Source: Lama guanicoe
Lineage: Eukaryota
Direction: 5' to 3'
Assembly: GCA_013239625.1 (NCBI GenBank)
Contig: MU053432.1
Location: 297,422 to 361,421 of the forward strand
DNA: 64,000 nucleotides
Below the pieces are notes generated by a model. The model was not told where the DNA came from and did no database searches. It saw only the letters and a list, made by a program, of their open reading frames with translations. The translations under genes were made by a program, and so were the position numbers. Shown here in pieces: positions 11,241 to 23,700 of this stretch; the first letter of the stretch is position 1; the number at the start of each line of letters is the position of its first letter.

Positions 11241-12580
11241 ACAGATTGCTTTAGCAATTTGGGGTCTTTCATGGTTCCATATAAATTTTAGAATTATTTG
11301 TTCTAGTTCTATGGAAAATGTCATATTTTGACAGGGGTTGCATGGACTATGTAGATTGCTTTGGTGATATGGTCATTTTAATAGTGTTGGTTCTTCCAAT
11401 CCATGAGCACAAGATCTCTTTCCATTTCTTTGTATCATCTTCAGTTTCCTTTGTCAATGTTTTATAATTATCAGAGTATAGGTAACCTTCGTGGTTGAGT
11501 TTATTTTTAAGTATTTTGTTGTTTTTGATGCAATGGAAATGTTTATGCCAATTACAAAATTCTGATTTTTGAAGTGAGGAAAAAAATGAACAAAGAGCCA
11601 CAAATGGCAAAATATCCTTTTTTGTGGGTGAATTGTGTTCCATTGCGTATATATATATACTGCATCTTCTTTACCCATCCATCTATTGATGGGCACTTAG
11701 GATGCTTCCATATCTTGGCAATTATAAATAATGCTGCCATTAATAGCAGAGTGTATGTATCTTTTTGAAGTAATATTTTTGTTTTTCTCACATATATACC
11801 CAGGAGTGGATATATGAGCCATATGGTGGTTTTATTTTTAGATTTTTGAGAAACTTCCATATTGTTCTCCATAGTGGCTGCACCAATTTACATTCCCACC
11901 AACAGTGTACATGGGTTCCCTTTTCTCCACATCCTTGCCAACATTTGTTATTTGTGATCTTTTTGATAATAGCCATTCTGACGGTGAGATGATACCGCAT
12001 TGTGATTTCGATTTGCATTTCCCTGACATTAGTGATGTTGAACAACTTTACATGTTCCGGTGGGCCACCTGCATTTCTGCTTTTGGAAAAACGTCTATTC
12101 AGTTCTTCTGCCCATATTTTAAATGGGTTGTTTTTTGTTTGTTTGTTTTTTAATTGAAGTACAGTTGATTCAAAGTATTGTATTAGCTTCCGGTGTGCAG
12201 CACGGATGGACTTGGAGGGCATTATGCTAAGTGAAATAAGTCAGACAAGGATAAATACTACTTCACTTACATATGGAATCTGAAAAAATACAACTAGTGA
12301 CTATAACAGAAAAGAAACACTCACAGATGTAGAGAAGGAACTAGTTAGTGGTTACCAGTGGGGAGAGGGGAGGGGGAGGGGCAGGATGGAGGTGGAGGAT
12401 TAAGAGGTACAAACTATCAGGTATAAAATAAGCTACAAGGATTTGTTGTACAATATGGGGAATAGAGCCCATATTTTATAATCACTATAAATGATGTATA
12501 ATTTTTAAAAATCGTGAATCACTATATTATATCCCTATAACATATATTATACATCAACTATACTTCAATTTTAAAAACAT
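11241..12580. mobile_element. Rearranged L1 ORF2/3'UTR pieces (antisense ~11241-12200, sense ~12203-12580)
   Basis: Minus-strand ORF2 C-terminal peptides ([39 protein letters not shown]) followed by a sense 3'UTR. Confidence 0.88.
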
Positions 12581-12624
12581 GACATTATAAAATAAATACA
12601 TTTTTTAAAAAACCCTCTACCTAA

Positions 12625-12760
12625 GGAGGAGGGTATAATTCAGTGGTAGAGCGCTTGCATGCACGAGGTCCTAGGTTCAATCCCCAGCACCTCCATTAAA
12701 TAAACAAACAAACAAACAAACAAACAAACCTAATTACCTCTTTACCCCTCTGAAAAAAAA
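12625..12760 (+). mobile_element. Vic-1-like SINE
   Basis: GGAGGGTATAATTCAGTGGTAGAG...GGTTCAATCCCCAGCACCTCC, then (AAAC)n and A tail. Confidence 0.9.
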
Positions 12761-12789
12761 ATTTTTTTTGATATAATAGCCAAAGAAGG

Positions 12790-13240
12790 GCTGCTTCCCT
12801 GGCGCCCCTGGCTTGAAGCCGCCACCTGAGGTGGCGCCTGCAGTGAGCCGCCCGGCCTGAGGGGGGCGCCTTCGTCGGCTCAGGCGCAGGCGCAGGCGCT
12901 GGCCGAGAACTGGACACTCTCGGGGGCCGGTCTCTTGACTGTGAGAAGAAAGGGGATCTGTGCGCTTCTCACGCCTTGAGGTAGGGGAAGGGCTGAGGGC
13001 GGCGGGCGGCTGTGGGCAGCGCCTGGCGGGACGGGCTGGGGCGGAGGTCGGGCCTGCCTTCAGGCAGGTGTTGGCGGCCCAGGGGCAGCTGCCGGGGCGG
13101 GACTGACGCCCAGAGGCCCGAGTCCAGCGCGGTCCGGTCCGCCCTGCGCCGGGTCTCAGAGGGCAGGGCGGGCAGGCGTGTCTCCTCCGCCGCCTCTCAT
13201 GGGCCTGGGGGCGGGCGCCCTGCCGAGGGCCACGACACTT
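12790..13240 (+). promoter_or_regulatory. M1AP: CpG island / M1AP promoter
   Basis: GC- and CpG-rich block with GC boxes (GGGGCGG) and (CAGGCG)3 at 12881-12898; the only extended CpG island upstream of M1AP exon 2. Confidence 0.8.
12880..12980 (+). other. M1AP: Putative non-coding exon 1 of M1AP (start approximate)
   Basis: GAG|GTAGGG donor at 12980/12981 inside the CpG island; exon 2 has an acceptor upstream of its ATG, so an upstream non-coding exon is required. Confidence 0.6.
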
Positions 13241-13344
13241 GAGGAGGAGGGGCCCATGAGAATGTATTGACTTTCTGTGAAGTCAGAAGAAACCAGTGAA
13301 TCCTTAGGGTCGAAGAAAAGGTTTAGGTGTTTGGAAGAGGGGTG

Positions 13345-13804
13345 TTATTTTATTTTATTTATTTATTTTGATGGAGGTACTGGAGATTGAACCCAGGACC
13401 TGGCGCATGCTAGCTAAGCACGGTCTCTACCACTGAGCTATGCCCCACCCTCCAAGAAGATCTTTTAAGTGAGGAAGGGGCCCATGAAAGCAAAAGTGCT
13501 TAGGATCCATGATTTTTTTTGTTGTTGTTGGGGGAGGTAATTAGGTTTATTCATTTAGTATTTTTTAAGGTTTTTTGAGGGGGCAATTAGGTTTATTTTC
13601 TTATTTATTTTTTTTTTTAATGGAGGTACTGGGGATTGAACCCAAGACCTCATGCATGCTAAGCATGTGCTCTACCACTGAGCTATAACCTCTACCCCAG
13701 GTTTATTCGTTTACTTTTATTTTTATAGGAGGTACTGGGGATTGAAACCTGACCCTCTTTCATGCTAACCATGCGCTCTATCACTTGAGCTGTCCCCTCC
13801 CCCC
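13345..13804 (-). mobile_element. Cluster of three Vic-1-like SINEs (one at ~13345-13450; nested pair 13513-13804)
   Basis: Three antisense SINE heads; outer pair flanked by TSD TAGGATCCATGA (13501-13512 / 13805-13816). Confidence 0.9.
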
Positions 13805-14424
13805 TAGGATCCATGAAATTTTTAACGTGGCCCTGTGAGAGGGCGAACCATTGAATCATTTATCATATGCAAAATGTCCTAAGGGCGATAAAAAGCATTG
13901 TATAGGCTCTGTTATAGGGGCGTGTAAAGGGACCCTACCCTCTTCAGACCTTAATTCTGATACCTAAAGCATGAGTAAGGTTAAGGAAGGGAATACTCTG
14001 CAAAGACTGTCCGGGGTCAGGATCCACAGCAAAAGGCTGACAGCCTTTGCTGAGCTGAAAGGCAAGCCAGGGGCAGATGGGGTGGTGTAGGGAAGGGAAT
14101 TGGCCAGGTAGGGCATGGCATGAGGCTGGACATTTGGGAAGGAGACATGTGCAGAATTTTGGAGCCAAGGTAAGGATTTCAGGTTTTGTTCAAGTGTAGT
14201 TAGAAGCCATTGAAGGGTTTTGGGTAAGGGAGTAACTATACCTTTTGGGGGTTCAAGGCCTAGATTTAACCAATTTACAGGAGGACACCAATAAATGAGC
14301 ATTCTTGGTATAAGTGGAGAATCTAGGATCAGAAATAGTCAGATGCTGCTTAGTAGTATGTGTCAGATGCATTAACTGATCATGTTTGAGGGGATGAGGA
14401 AGAGAGTTGCTTCTTATCTCATTT

Positions 14425-15502
14425 AAAGAACAGTCTTGGAATTGCATGTAAGTGTAGGATCTAAAAATGACCATGCAAGCTGAAACCATTCAAAGTCATC
14501 TTAATAGTCAATGGGAACAATTACATTTGTTTTGGAATCTCTCAAAATTGTCAAAATGTTAAAAACTCTCTTACTGTCAGTTATAACTGTAGAGGGAAAT
14601 GAAAAATGGTAGAACTAGTATCTGTTTAGTGCACTGTCATTGAAAATATTAGAAACTTGGGAAAGTGTTTTCTTTGTAAAAAAATTAATCAAGAATAGTT
14701 TGAGCAGCTCTTGTGCTTGTTTTCTTCTCATGGTGTAACTTGTAGAGCAAGTGTCTTTCTTATGCCTTTTACCAAATTGTTCTATTCCTTTCTAAAGGTC
14801 TGGATCAACTTCCAGCATTTTATCCTTTGCACTTTCAATTTTGTAAACTATCTCCCAGAGTTCCTTTAATATGAAGTGTTTTTGCCAGTGGCGCTTCTTC
14901 TGGGGCAGCTTTATACTTTGTGTCACAACCACTTTGCTCACTTGTGTTGCTAAGTTCACCTTTACTAAATTCCTCTTTTGCTCATCAAAAGTCTGTTAAA
15001 CAGCATTGCTGTCAGTGTTCTCACAGTCAGCTCTTTCTTCTGTGATTCCATCTAAAGTCAACTCTCACTTTCAGTGTTACCACTTACTGTTTCTTTGCTC
15101 CACATTCATCTTTGTTGGCCAGTTCCCTCTTTCAGTTATCTATTTTTGTAAGACGTCGGTGTGGTTTTATCACTAGGAAACTAGTTATCACTAGGAGGTA
15201 ATTAAAACAAATATGCTCTGCCGTCTGTACAGAGACTGAATAAGAGCTCTGCGGTGACCAGTCACCAGCAAACTTTGAAAGAGGTGACATGATTGATCAC
15301 TGATCATGATGTGCATGTGTTATTTATGGAGCGACTGGTGGGCTGAAGAGCTGACTGCGGCTTGCACTTTTATGTAATTATGAGTAATATTCCTTGGTAA
15401 CTGAAATTAGAACTGTGTTGATGGGGGAGTGATGTTAATTAACTAAACTATCATAACTGAAATTTGTATATCTTGGAACCATGTAAAATTAGAACTGCCT
15501 GT
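14425..15502 (-). mobile_element. TcMar-Tigger family DNA transposon remnant
   Basis: Right end is the reverse complement of CAGGCAGT.CT...TTT.CATGGTTCC...AATTTCAGTTA, followed by TA; subfamily uncertain. Confidence 0.7.
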
Positions 15503-16139
15503 ACTCTAAAATGACAGAAGTTTCAGATGTGAGGGAAGATGGACAGGGAGAACAGAAGCCCATTCTACATCAAATAAGGTCTCTGTCTGGGTACCTGTTT
15601 GTCTATGTGACTCTGTGTGTCAGCCTCAAACTCAGCATTACAATGATCTCATGCACTTAGTTTAAAAGTACAGTTAAAAGGTATTTATGATATGTGCTTT
15701 CTTGGTAAATATATATTACTCATTGATTTGGATTTCTGGTTCAAGATAACTTCCTATAGGTTAGCATATTCATTTACTTCTTTGCTCAGCTGTACACAGC
15801 ACACAATTGGAGCTCAGTAAAAAACTGTTGAATGAACAAATGCTGACTTCCACTATCCAAAAACGGAAAGTTTGAAAGGAAATAACTTCACAGATTCATT
15901 TTGAGAAACACATCTATCTATGTACTCTTAGACCATTTTTAAAAATCCCAAGTTCCAAAGTGTTTCTGAAAATTATCTTAAATATCTTTCTTTTGGACCT
16001 AGGGGAAGTCAAAGAAGCTTTTATTTTCCCTGAATTCTTTAGCTAAAAAACAATTGTGCAGAATCATTTCAGTTCCCAGAGGTGGGGGCGTGTTTTTTTT
16101 AATTTAAAAAATATATTCTTTTATGATTGTCCAGTGTTC

Positions 16140-17860
16140 TTTTTGAAATATTTTTATTGTTAAATATAACATATTAGAGAAAATTTCATAAACTATGAAC
16201 ATGTAGTTTAATAATTATACAGTGAGTACCCATTGTAACCACAATAAAGATCAAGAAATAGAACATTGCTGACATCCCACAACCTCCTTTTGTCCTTTCT
16301 AATCATGCCCTCCTTGCTTTTCAGAGAAAATCACTACACTAATTTTTGTCATAATCATCCCCTTGCTCTTGAAAAATAGTTTTAGCATTATGTACACATC
16401 CCTAAACAATATAGTTGCTTATCTTTAAAATCTATGTAGATAGAATCATGCTATATATTTCTTTGTGTCTTGCTTCTTTTATTCAATATTCTGTTTCTTA
16501 GAGCCATCCACATTGCATGTAACTAGTCATTCATTTTCCTCGCTGTGTGAATACAGAATTTATCCATTCTAATTTTGATTGAAATTTGCGTTGTTTGAAG
16601 TCTAGGGTAATTGTGAACAAGACTATTAATGAATAGTCTTTTTGCTGCTATGATCTGACTTTGTTCATGCATCCTAATGCATGTCATTATTCACGGATTA
16701 ATGATTGTGAACAAAAAGTCCAAAAGAATCTATAGATAAGTTATTATAACTAATAAGACAGTGTAGCAGTGTTGTTAAATACAAAATCATTGTATAAAAA
16801 TCAATTTTATGTCTATGCTTTAGCAACAAAACAAAAAATGAAATGTAAAAAGATGCCATTAAGCATTTAAAAAATAGCAGATCTCTAAAAATAAAATTTA
16901 GTGAAAGATAAGGAGAGCCTTGGGGAAAATTATAAAACTATATATTCTTTTAGATTTTCTATATAAATATCATATCATCTGCACGACAGTTTCATTTCTT
17001 CCATTGTAACGCCTTTTGTTTTCTTTGTATTTCTTGCCTTATCGCTAACTGCGCTACTGTGTAGATTAGAAATGACGATAGTGGACTCTTGTCTTGGATG
17101 GAAAACTTTCAGCATCACCATTAAAAATGATATTTGCTCTAGACTTTTGTAAACATATTTGATCAGATTGTATCTATCGTCTCTTTCTAATATATTAAGA
17201 TTGATTCTTTGTCAGGCGTGAATGTTGAGTTTTTCTGCATTTTGATCATATGATTTTTTAATGTGATGAATTACAGTGACGGTCTCTAAAGCCATGTCAA
17301 CCTTATGTTCTTGAGATAAACCCAAGTTGGTCATGATGTGTTATTCTTTTTATAATATTGCTGTTTTTCAATTTGCTTATACTTTCTTTAGGATTTTTAC
17401 ATCTCAATTCATAAATGAGACTGTCCTATAATTTTTTATTGTAATACTTTTATCTGATTTTGGTATCAAAGGTTATGCTAAACTAGTAAAAATTAAATGA
17501 GTCTTGTGCCCTCTCCTATTTTCTGAAAGAATTTGTTGAAGATTGAAATTCTTGATCTTTGAGAGTAGTATGGAACTCATCAGTGGAATCACGTAGCCCT
17601 ACAGATACTTTTGGGGAACATATTTGACTACCAATTAAATGTTTTCAGTGGTTAGAGACTATTTAGGTATTTTAATTTTCTTTTTGATTTAGTATTGGTT
17701 AAATATCTTTTTTCTAGCAATTTGTCCATTTTATTAAACTTACTGGTATAAAGCTGTTCATTATGTCCTCTTGTAACCCTTTCCATGTTTGGGCATCTGT
17801 AACGGTGTCCCCGTCTCACTGCTGATGCTTGTTCTGTGTTCCCATTTGTTCTCCTTTCCA
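16140..17860. mobile_element. Old L1 (L1M) fragments, mostly antisense
   Basis: Degenerate L1 3'UTR and ORF2 motifs. Confidence 0.7.
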
Positions 17861-18099
17861 AAATCTGAGCCCTGGGGATAAGTGTAAGTAGCCAGTAAAC
17901 AAAGAAGGCAAGGGTGTCAGAAGTAGAGAAGACAGCATGAGCAAATGCACTGAAATGAATGGTATATTTGGTTTTGTTTCACTGAAAAGCTTGAAGTGAG
18001 GAATGGGTCTTGAATGGGTCCTGAAGGGGAAAATGTGGTTATATTTTCATTTTTAAGAATTACTATGCACCATATATATGGAAATTTAAAAACATGTGT

Positions 18100-18640
18100 G
18101 CACTTATAAAAAAAGAAATGAGCTATCAAGCCATGAAAGACGTGGAAGAAACTTGAAAGACATATTAGTAAATGAAAGAAGCCAGTCTGAAAAGGCGACA
18201 AACTGTGCGATTTCAACCAAATGACATTCTGGGAAAGGCACAGCTACAGAAACAATAAAAAGATCATGGTTTCCAGGGATTTGGGGAGAGGGAGGGAGGA
18301 ATAAATAAATGTAGCACAAGGGATTTTTAGGGCAATGAAATTATTCTGCGTGATACTGTAGTGGTGGCTACATGTCATTATGCATTTGTCAAAATCCGTA
18401 GAGTGTACAACATCAAGAGTGAACCCTAATGTAAATTATGGACTTCAGTTGATAATAATGTGCCCATGTTGGTTCATCGATTGTACCAAATATGCCACAC
18501 TGATGAGGGATGTTGAGGCTGAGGGAGTATATATGTGTGGGTGGGGAGTGATACATTGGAACTCTGTAATTTCTGCTCAATTCTGCTGTGAACCTGAAAC
18601 TGCTCTAAAAAATAAAGTCTATTAATAAAAAAAAAATTAC
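18100..18640 (+). mobile_element. L1MC-like 3'UTR
   Basis: aaagaaatgagctatcaagccatgaaagac...gtgaaccctaatgtaaa...aataaagtctatt plus A tail. Confidence 0.85.
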
Positions 18641-18925
18641 TATGTCCCAAATAAACACTGTGCTAAGCTCTGATAGAGTTGACAAGACAGGTCCTCCATC
18701 TTTGGGAAGCTCACAATACAGTGGCAGAGGCAGTCTTAGAAACAAATTACAATACAGTACAATAAATGCTAATAAAGGTCAGATTCTATAAAGGTAGTTA
18801 GCTTTCTTTGAGACTGAAGTTTGAGTTTTTGATTAGTTGCATTCAACATCTCTAAGCATTCTCAGCCTTACATTATAGGCAAACATCTAGGTCCCTTGGG
18901 AGCTGTTAAGATGGGATAGCCTAGA

Positions 18926-19609
18926 CTAAAAATAGACTTACCATGTGACCCAGTAATCCCACTCCTGGGCATATATCTGGAAGGAACCCTACTTCAAAAT
19001 GACACCTGCACCTCAGTATTCATAGCAGCACTATTTACAATAGCCAAGACATGGAAACAGCCTAAATGTCCATCGACAGATAACTGGATAAAGAAGTTGT
19101 GGTATATTTATACAATGGAATACTATTCAGCCATTAAAAATGACAACATAATGCCATTTGCAGCAATATGGATGTCCCTGGAGAATGTCATTCTAAGTGA
19201 AGTAAGCCAGATATAGAAAGAAAAGTACCATATGAGATTGCTTATATGTGCAACCTGAAAAAACAAAAGAAGACAAATGAACTTAAATATAAAACAGAAA
19301 CAGACTCAGAGATATAGAGACATACAGACTTGTGGTTGCCAGTGGGGAGGCGGGTGGGAAGGAATAGACTGGGAGTTTGAGATTTGTAGATACTGAAAGG
19401 TATATATAGAATAGATAAACAAGTTTATGCTGTATAGCATAGGGAAATATATTAAAGATCTTGTAGCTCATGGTGAAAAAGAATATGAAAATGAATATAT
19501 GTATATTCATGTATGACAAAAATTGTGCTGTCCACCAGAAATTGACACAACATTGTAAACTGACTATAACTCAATTAAAAAAAAAAGAAAGAAAAGTGGG
19601 GGGTGGGGG
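18926..19609 (+). mobile_element. Young 5'-truncated camelid L1
   Basis: ORF2 tail, 3'UTR and poly(A); TSD AGATGG(G/A)ATAGCCTAGA (18909-18925 / 19610-19626). Confidence 0.93.
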
Positions 19610-19806
19610 AGATGGAATAGCCTAGAGAAGCTTATATTAGTACCTAGAGAAGCTTTCTAGACTTAGTCACCTAGACCTGTGTTCATTGTTTCAACAGAGT
19701 ATATAATGTAATTCAGGTTTATGAAAGCCAGCAATTTCTCTTTTCTTCCCTGTAGGTGTAGAGAATATCCAGGTGTGGCTACAGTTCCACATCTGGTCTG
19801 GCTGCC

Positions 19807-20046
19807 ATGTATCATGGGCAAACTACTGGCAAAGGGCCCTCTCATTGCATGCAGATTTACCAGCAACCTCCAAGGCTTCTCATCGTGCACATCACTCTCC
19901 CATCCTGGGCTGACATCTGTTCCAACCTCTGTGAGGCTCTGCAGAACTTCTTCTCACTGGCCTGCAGCTTGGTAGGCCCCAGCCGCATGTCCCTCTTCAG
20001 CTTATACATGGTACAAAATCAGCATGAGTGCATCCTCCCCTTTGTG
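19807..20046 (+). CDS. M1AP: M1AP coding exon 1 (exon 2; exon begins 19756)
   Basis: Acceptor ttccctgtag at 19755; GCTGCCATG; MYHGQTTGKGPSHCMQIYQQPPRLLIVHITLPSWADICSNLCEALQNFFSLACSLVGPSRMSLFSLYMVQNQHECILPFV matches the recalled human M1AP N-terminus; GTGAGT donor; 240 nt. Confidence 0.96.
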
Positions 20047-20789
20047 GTGAGTATATCTGTATTTGTTCATATTCTCCTGAAAGCAGATGTGAGGTTTCTG
20101 GAGCAGCAGTTTCTTGAGAGATTTCTTACAGCAATAACTGTGCCCGTTCCCCATCTCCAATACCCCACAGGCACCACAATGAGAGCCTGATGTCATCCTA
20201 TATATTGGGGGGGGGGATTACTGTAGAAGAGGAACCCCAAAATTACTAATACGGGAGTTTGAATCGGCCACATATTATCCCCTCCACTCCTGAGAGAGTG
20301 GAAGAAACCTTGGCATTTACAGTCTTTTGGAATGTAAGGAACTGACCTCTTCCGTCCCCCTTTGAAATGCAAACACAGGGAAATAAATCTCTTAAATTTC
20401 TTCAGAGGTCTCTGGCTATTCAATCACCCTTTAATTTCCAAGACTTGTCCTTTAACCCAGTTCGAGATTTTTTTTTTCTCTCAGAAAGCCCTAACTGTGC
20501 AGCAACATTAAAATATTTTTTCTACAGTTGCACGCAGGACTCAAGTGAAACTCCTCGTAGGGTTTCAGAAAGCAAAGGCTGGGCCGGGGCCCAATGCTTT
20601 TGCAAAGCTCCCTCACATGTAGACAGCCGTTGCTTTTCTTCCTCAAACAAATGTAAATCTTCACTCTCCCCCTTTACCACGTTCAGAGTCACAGAGATGG
20701 GAAAGATTTCGGAGGTCCTGGTGCATCCTCTTCTTGAAGCAGCCTTGCTGCTGGGATAGTCAGAAAGGACTTACGGAGAGCCAGACCTT

Positions 20790-22130
20790 TGATGCATACC
20801 TAGTGTGCACGTGACCTCCTCCCTCATAGTGTCCATGGAAGCTGTGCGGAGGCCTGGACTCCCCGCACCCCATCCAACATAACAAGGTATCTCTCACCCC
20901 CACCTCCTTTTTAAGGTAATGGAGGAGGAGACAGAGTGGAGGCCATGTGGGGAGTGGCAGTGAGGTAGGCATCTTTTTACCTCCAAGGCAGGGTGATGTC
21001 AGTGAAGTCCTAGTGGAAAGCTAGGACTGTTAGGACTTTTTTCCTACTGGAAATCCTGGTGGTAATAAAGCTTCCCTACTCCCAGGGTGTCAGTGGGGCC
21101 CATATGAAAAACTTGAACTTCCATCCCCACCCAGAAGTAACAGCGTACCCTCCCTCCTGGGATATAATCAGAAGTCAAATAGAGGCACACCCCGACCTGG
21201 GCATAATTATGTGGAAACCTTACTTCCCCCTCTGGCACAGTGTTAAACTAGGCCTGCTAAAGCGTAAGATTTAAACAAGATCCAGAGTCTTATAGCATAA
21301 TACCCAAAATGTCGAGAATACAATTTTAAAAAAAACACTTATGATTATTAAGAACCAGGAAAATCTCAACTTGAATGAAAAGACAACACAGACACAGATG
21401 TTAGAATTACCTGAAAAGGATTTTGAAGCAGCCATCATAAAAATGCTCCAGCAAACAGTTATAAACATGCTTAGAACAAATGGAAACATACAAGATGTCA
21501 TCAAAGAAATAGAAGTGTAAAGAAAAACAAAATAGAAATTTTAGAACTGAAAAATTAAAAACAAAAATCTTCCATGGATAGAATCAACTGCACAATGAAA
21601 TTGACACCTTCTATAGTGGGCAATTTGGTGACAGTATCAAAATTTACACTCCCTTTAGCCTAGCAAGTCTGCTTTTAGAAATTTATCCTACAGATATATT
21701 TTCATATGTGCAAAAATGATTTAAGGTTATTTGTTTCAGCATTGTTTGCAGTAGCAAAAGATTGGAAGTAACCTGCTATCAATCAAAAGGGAATTGGTTA
21801 AATAAACTTACATTCCATCTATTCATGGAATACTATGTAGCCATAAAAATGAATGCTTTTTATCTATTGAGTGAAATAATTGCCCAATATACTATGCAAA
21901 AAATCAAGAAGAGAGTATCATAATCTCTTCTATTTTGGTAAGAAGAAAGATAAAGTTTACTATTTATATTTTCTTTCACGTAAAGAAATACCTCTGGAAA
22001 GATACCTAAGAAACTAGTAATATCGATTGCCTCTAGGAACCTACCAGTTAGCTGAAGAATTAGAAAAGAAAGGTGACTTTTTCTACATAACATGTAACCT
22101 CTGAATTTTGAATTTTGAATGCTTGCTGAG
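20790..22130 (+). mobile_element. Old L1 5'/ORF1 fragments (~20790-21600) and L1ME-like 3' fragment (~21600-22130)
   Basis: cagatgttagaattacctgaaaaggattttgaagcagccatcataaaaatgctc (L1M ORF1-like); old 3'UTR motifs. Confidence 0.65.
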
Positions 22131-22164
22131 TAAGAGGAGAAAAAATCAGAATGAAAGTTTGAGT

Positions 22165-22309
22165 GGGGGGGGTATAGCTCAAGTGGTAGAGCACATGCTT
22201 AGCATGCACAAGGCCCTGGGTTCAATCCCCAGTACCCCCTCTAAAAATAAGTAAACTGAATTACCTCCCCCCACCAAAAAAATAAATGAATAAATTTTTT
22301 TTAAAAAAA
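22165..22309 (+). mobile_element. Vic-1-like SINE
   Basis: GGGGGTATAGCTCAAGTGGTAGAGCACATGCTTAGCATGCACAAGGCCCTGGGTTCAATCCCCAGTACC plus tail. Confidence 0.93.
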
Positions 22310-22689
22310 TCAAATTTTGGAAGCTATAATACAGGTGAAAAGTAATCATTGATTTAACAGTCCCAAGAATGCTAAATCTCAAGTCAATACTGGGGAAACC
22401 CAAGGAAGAAAGCAATTTAAACCACCTGGTTCTCAAAAGGCTTAGGATTGGCAAAATCAACTTCTGGAGGTAAGAAAGAAGGACGAGCTAAAAGTAGAAT
22501 GATGTTGAACTTGTGTTTAAAAAGAAACTTGACCTCTAGATCTCTCTCCTACTCCAAAAGCAACAGACTTACTCATCACTTATGATGGAATATCTGAATT
22601 TGCCCCATACCAATGGACCCCTAGAAATTTCACTGAAGTAGAAGGCTCCTGAATTTTAGTCCAGTTGATTTCCTACCCTCTGGCATGCA

Positions 22690-23700
22690 AATGTCTTACC
22701 AGTAAGTCTAAAGTAGTTGCTAAAGTAGTTTGCTCACTAGGTCCAATCACCATGTCATTAATGTAATAGACCAGTGTGATAGCGTATGGAAGGGAGTGGC
22801 ACTCAAACTCCCTGTGAACTGAATTATGACATAGGGCTGGAGAACTGATGTGCCCCTGAGGTAGGACAGTGAGAGTGTATTGCTGGCCTTGAAGCTGAAA
22901 GCAAACTGCTTCTGTGGGGTGTTATAGACAGGAATGGAGAAGCATTTTCCAGATCCACAACTGCATACCAGGTACTGGGAGATGTGTTAATTTGCTCAAG
23001 CAATGAAGCCACATCTGATAATCCACTGTCAGTCTCCAAGATCCTTCTGTCTTCTGCACAGGCCAGATAGGTGAGTTAAAGAAGGGTGTGGTAGAAATCA
23101 CCACACCTGCATCTCTCAAGTCCTTGATGGTGGTACTAATTTCTGCAATTCCTCCAGGAAGGCACTGTTACTTTTATTATTTTCCTAAGTGGAGGCAGTT
23201 CTAGGAGCTTCCACTTGGCCTTTCCCAATGTAATTGCCCTCACTCCACAGGTCAGGAAACCAGTGTGGGGATTCTGCTAGCTGTTAGGTATGTCTATTCC
23301 AATTTTGCATTCTAAAACTGAGGAAATGGCCACAGGGTGCATTTGGGGAACAACTGGACCTGATCTAAACCTTCGTTGATTAGATCAGGGGTCTAAATCT
23401 GACCTCCATTAGCCCCCTACTCTGACTAGTGGGCAATAATGTTTGGGGTCTCCTGGAATTAGTGTCAGTTCAGAGCCAGTGTCCCATAGACCCTGCAAGG
23501 TCTGATCATTCCCTTTTCCTCAATATATAGTTACCCTGGTAAAAGGCTGTAGGTCCCTTTGGGGAAGGCTGGGAGAAAGACTAACAGCATAAATTTTTGG
23601 TAATGTACTGGGGTCCTTCCCCAAGGGAGCCCCACGTCCCCTTCATTCAAGGTTTTCTGGGTCTGTAAGTTGGCTGAAGTCTGGGAACTGATTTAGGTCA
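22690..23700 (-). mobile_element. ERV-L internal protease/RT fragment
   Basis: Minus-strand peptides [32 protein letters not shown] and [25 protein letters not shown] are retroviral RT motifs of ERV-L type; frameshifted. Confidence 0.9.

Noticed and set aside
10298..11331. Functional or domesticated L1 ORF1
   Set aside because: Broken by frameshifts and stops, and no ORF2 follows.
22165..22240. tRNA-like sequences (here and at ~12625, 24487, 33640, 45160, 53407 and others)
   Set aside because: They have A/B boxes but also SINE tails, TSDs and many diverged copies, so they are SINEs rather than tRNA genes.
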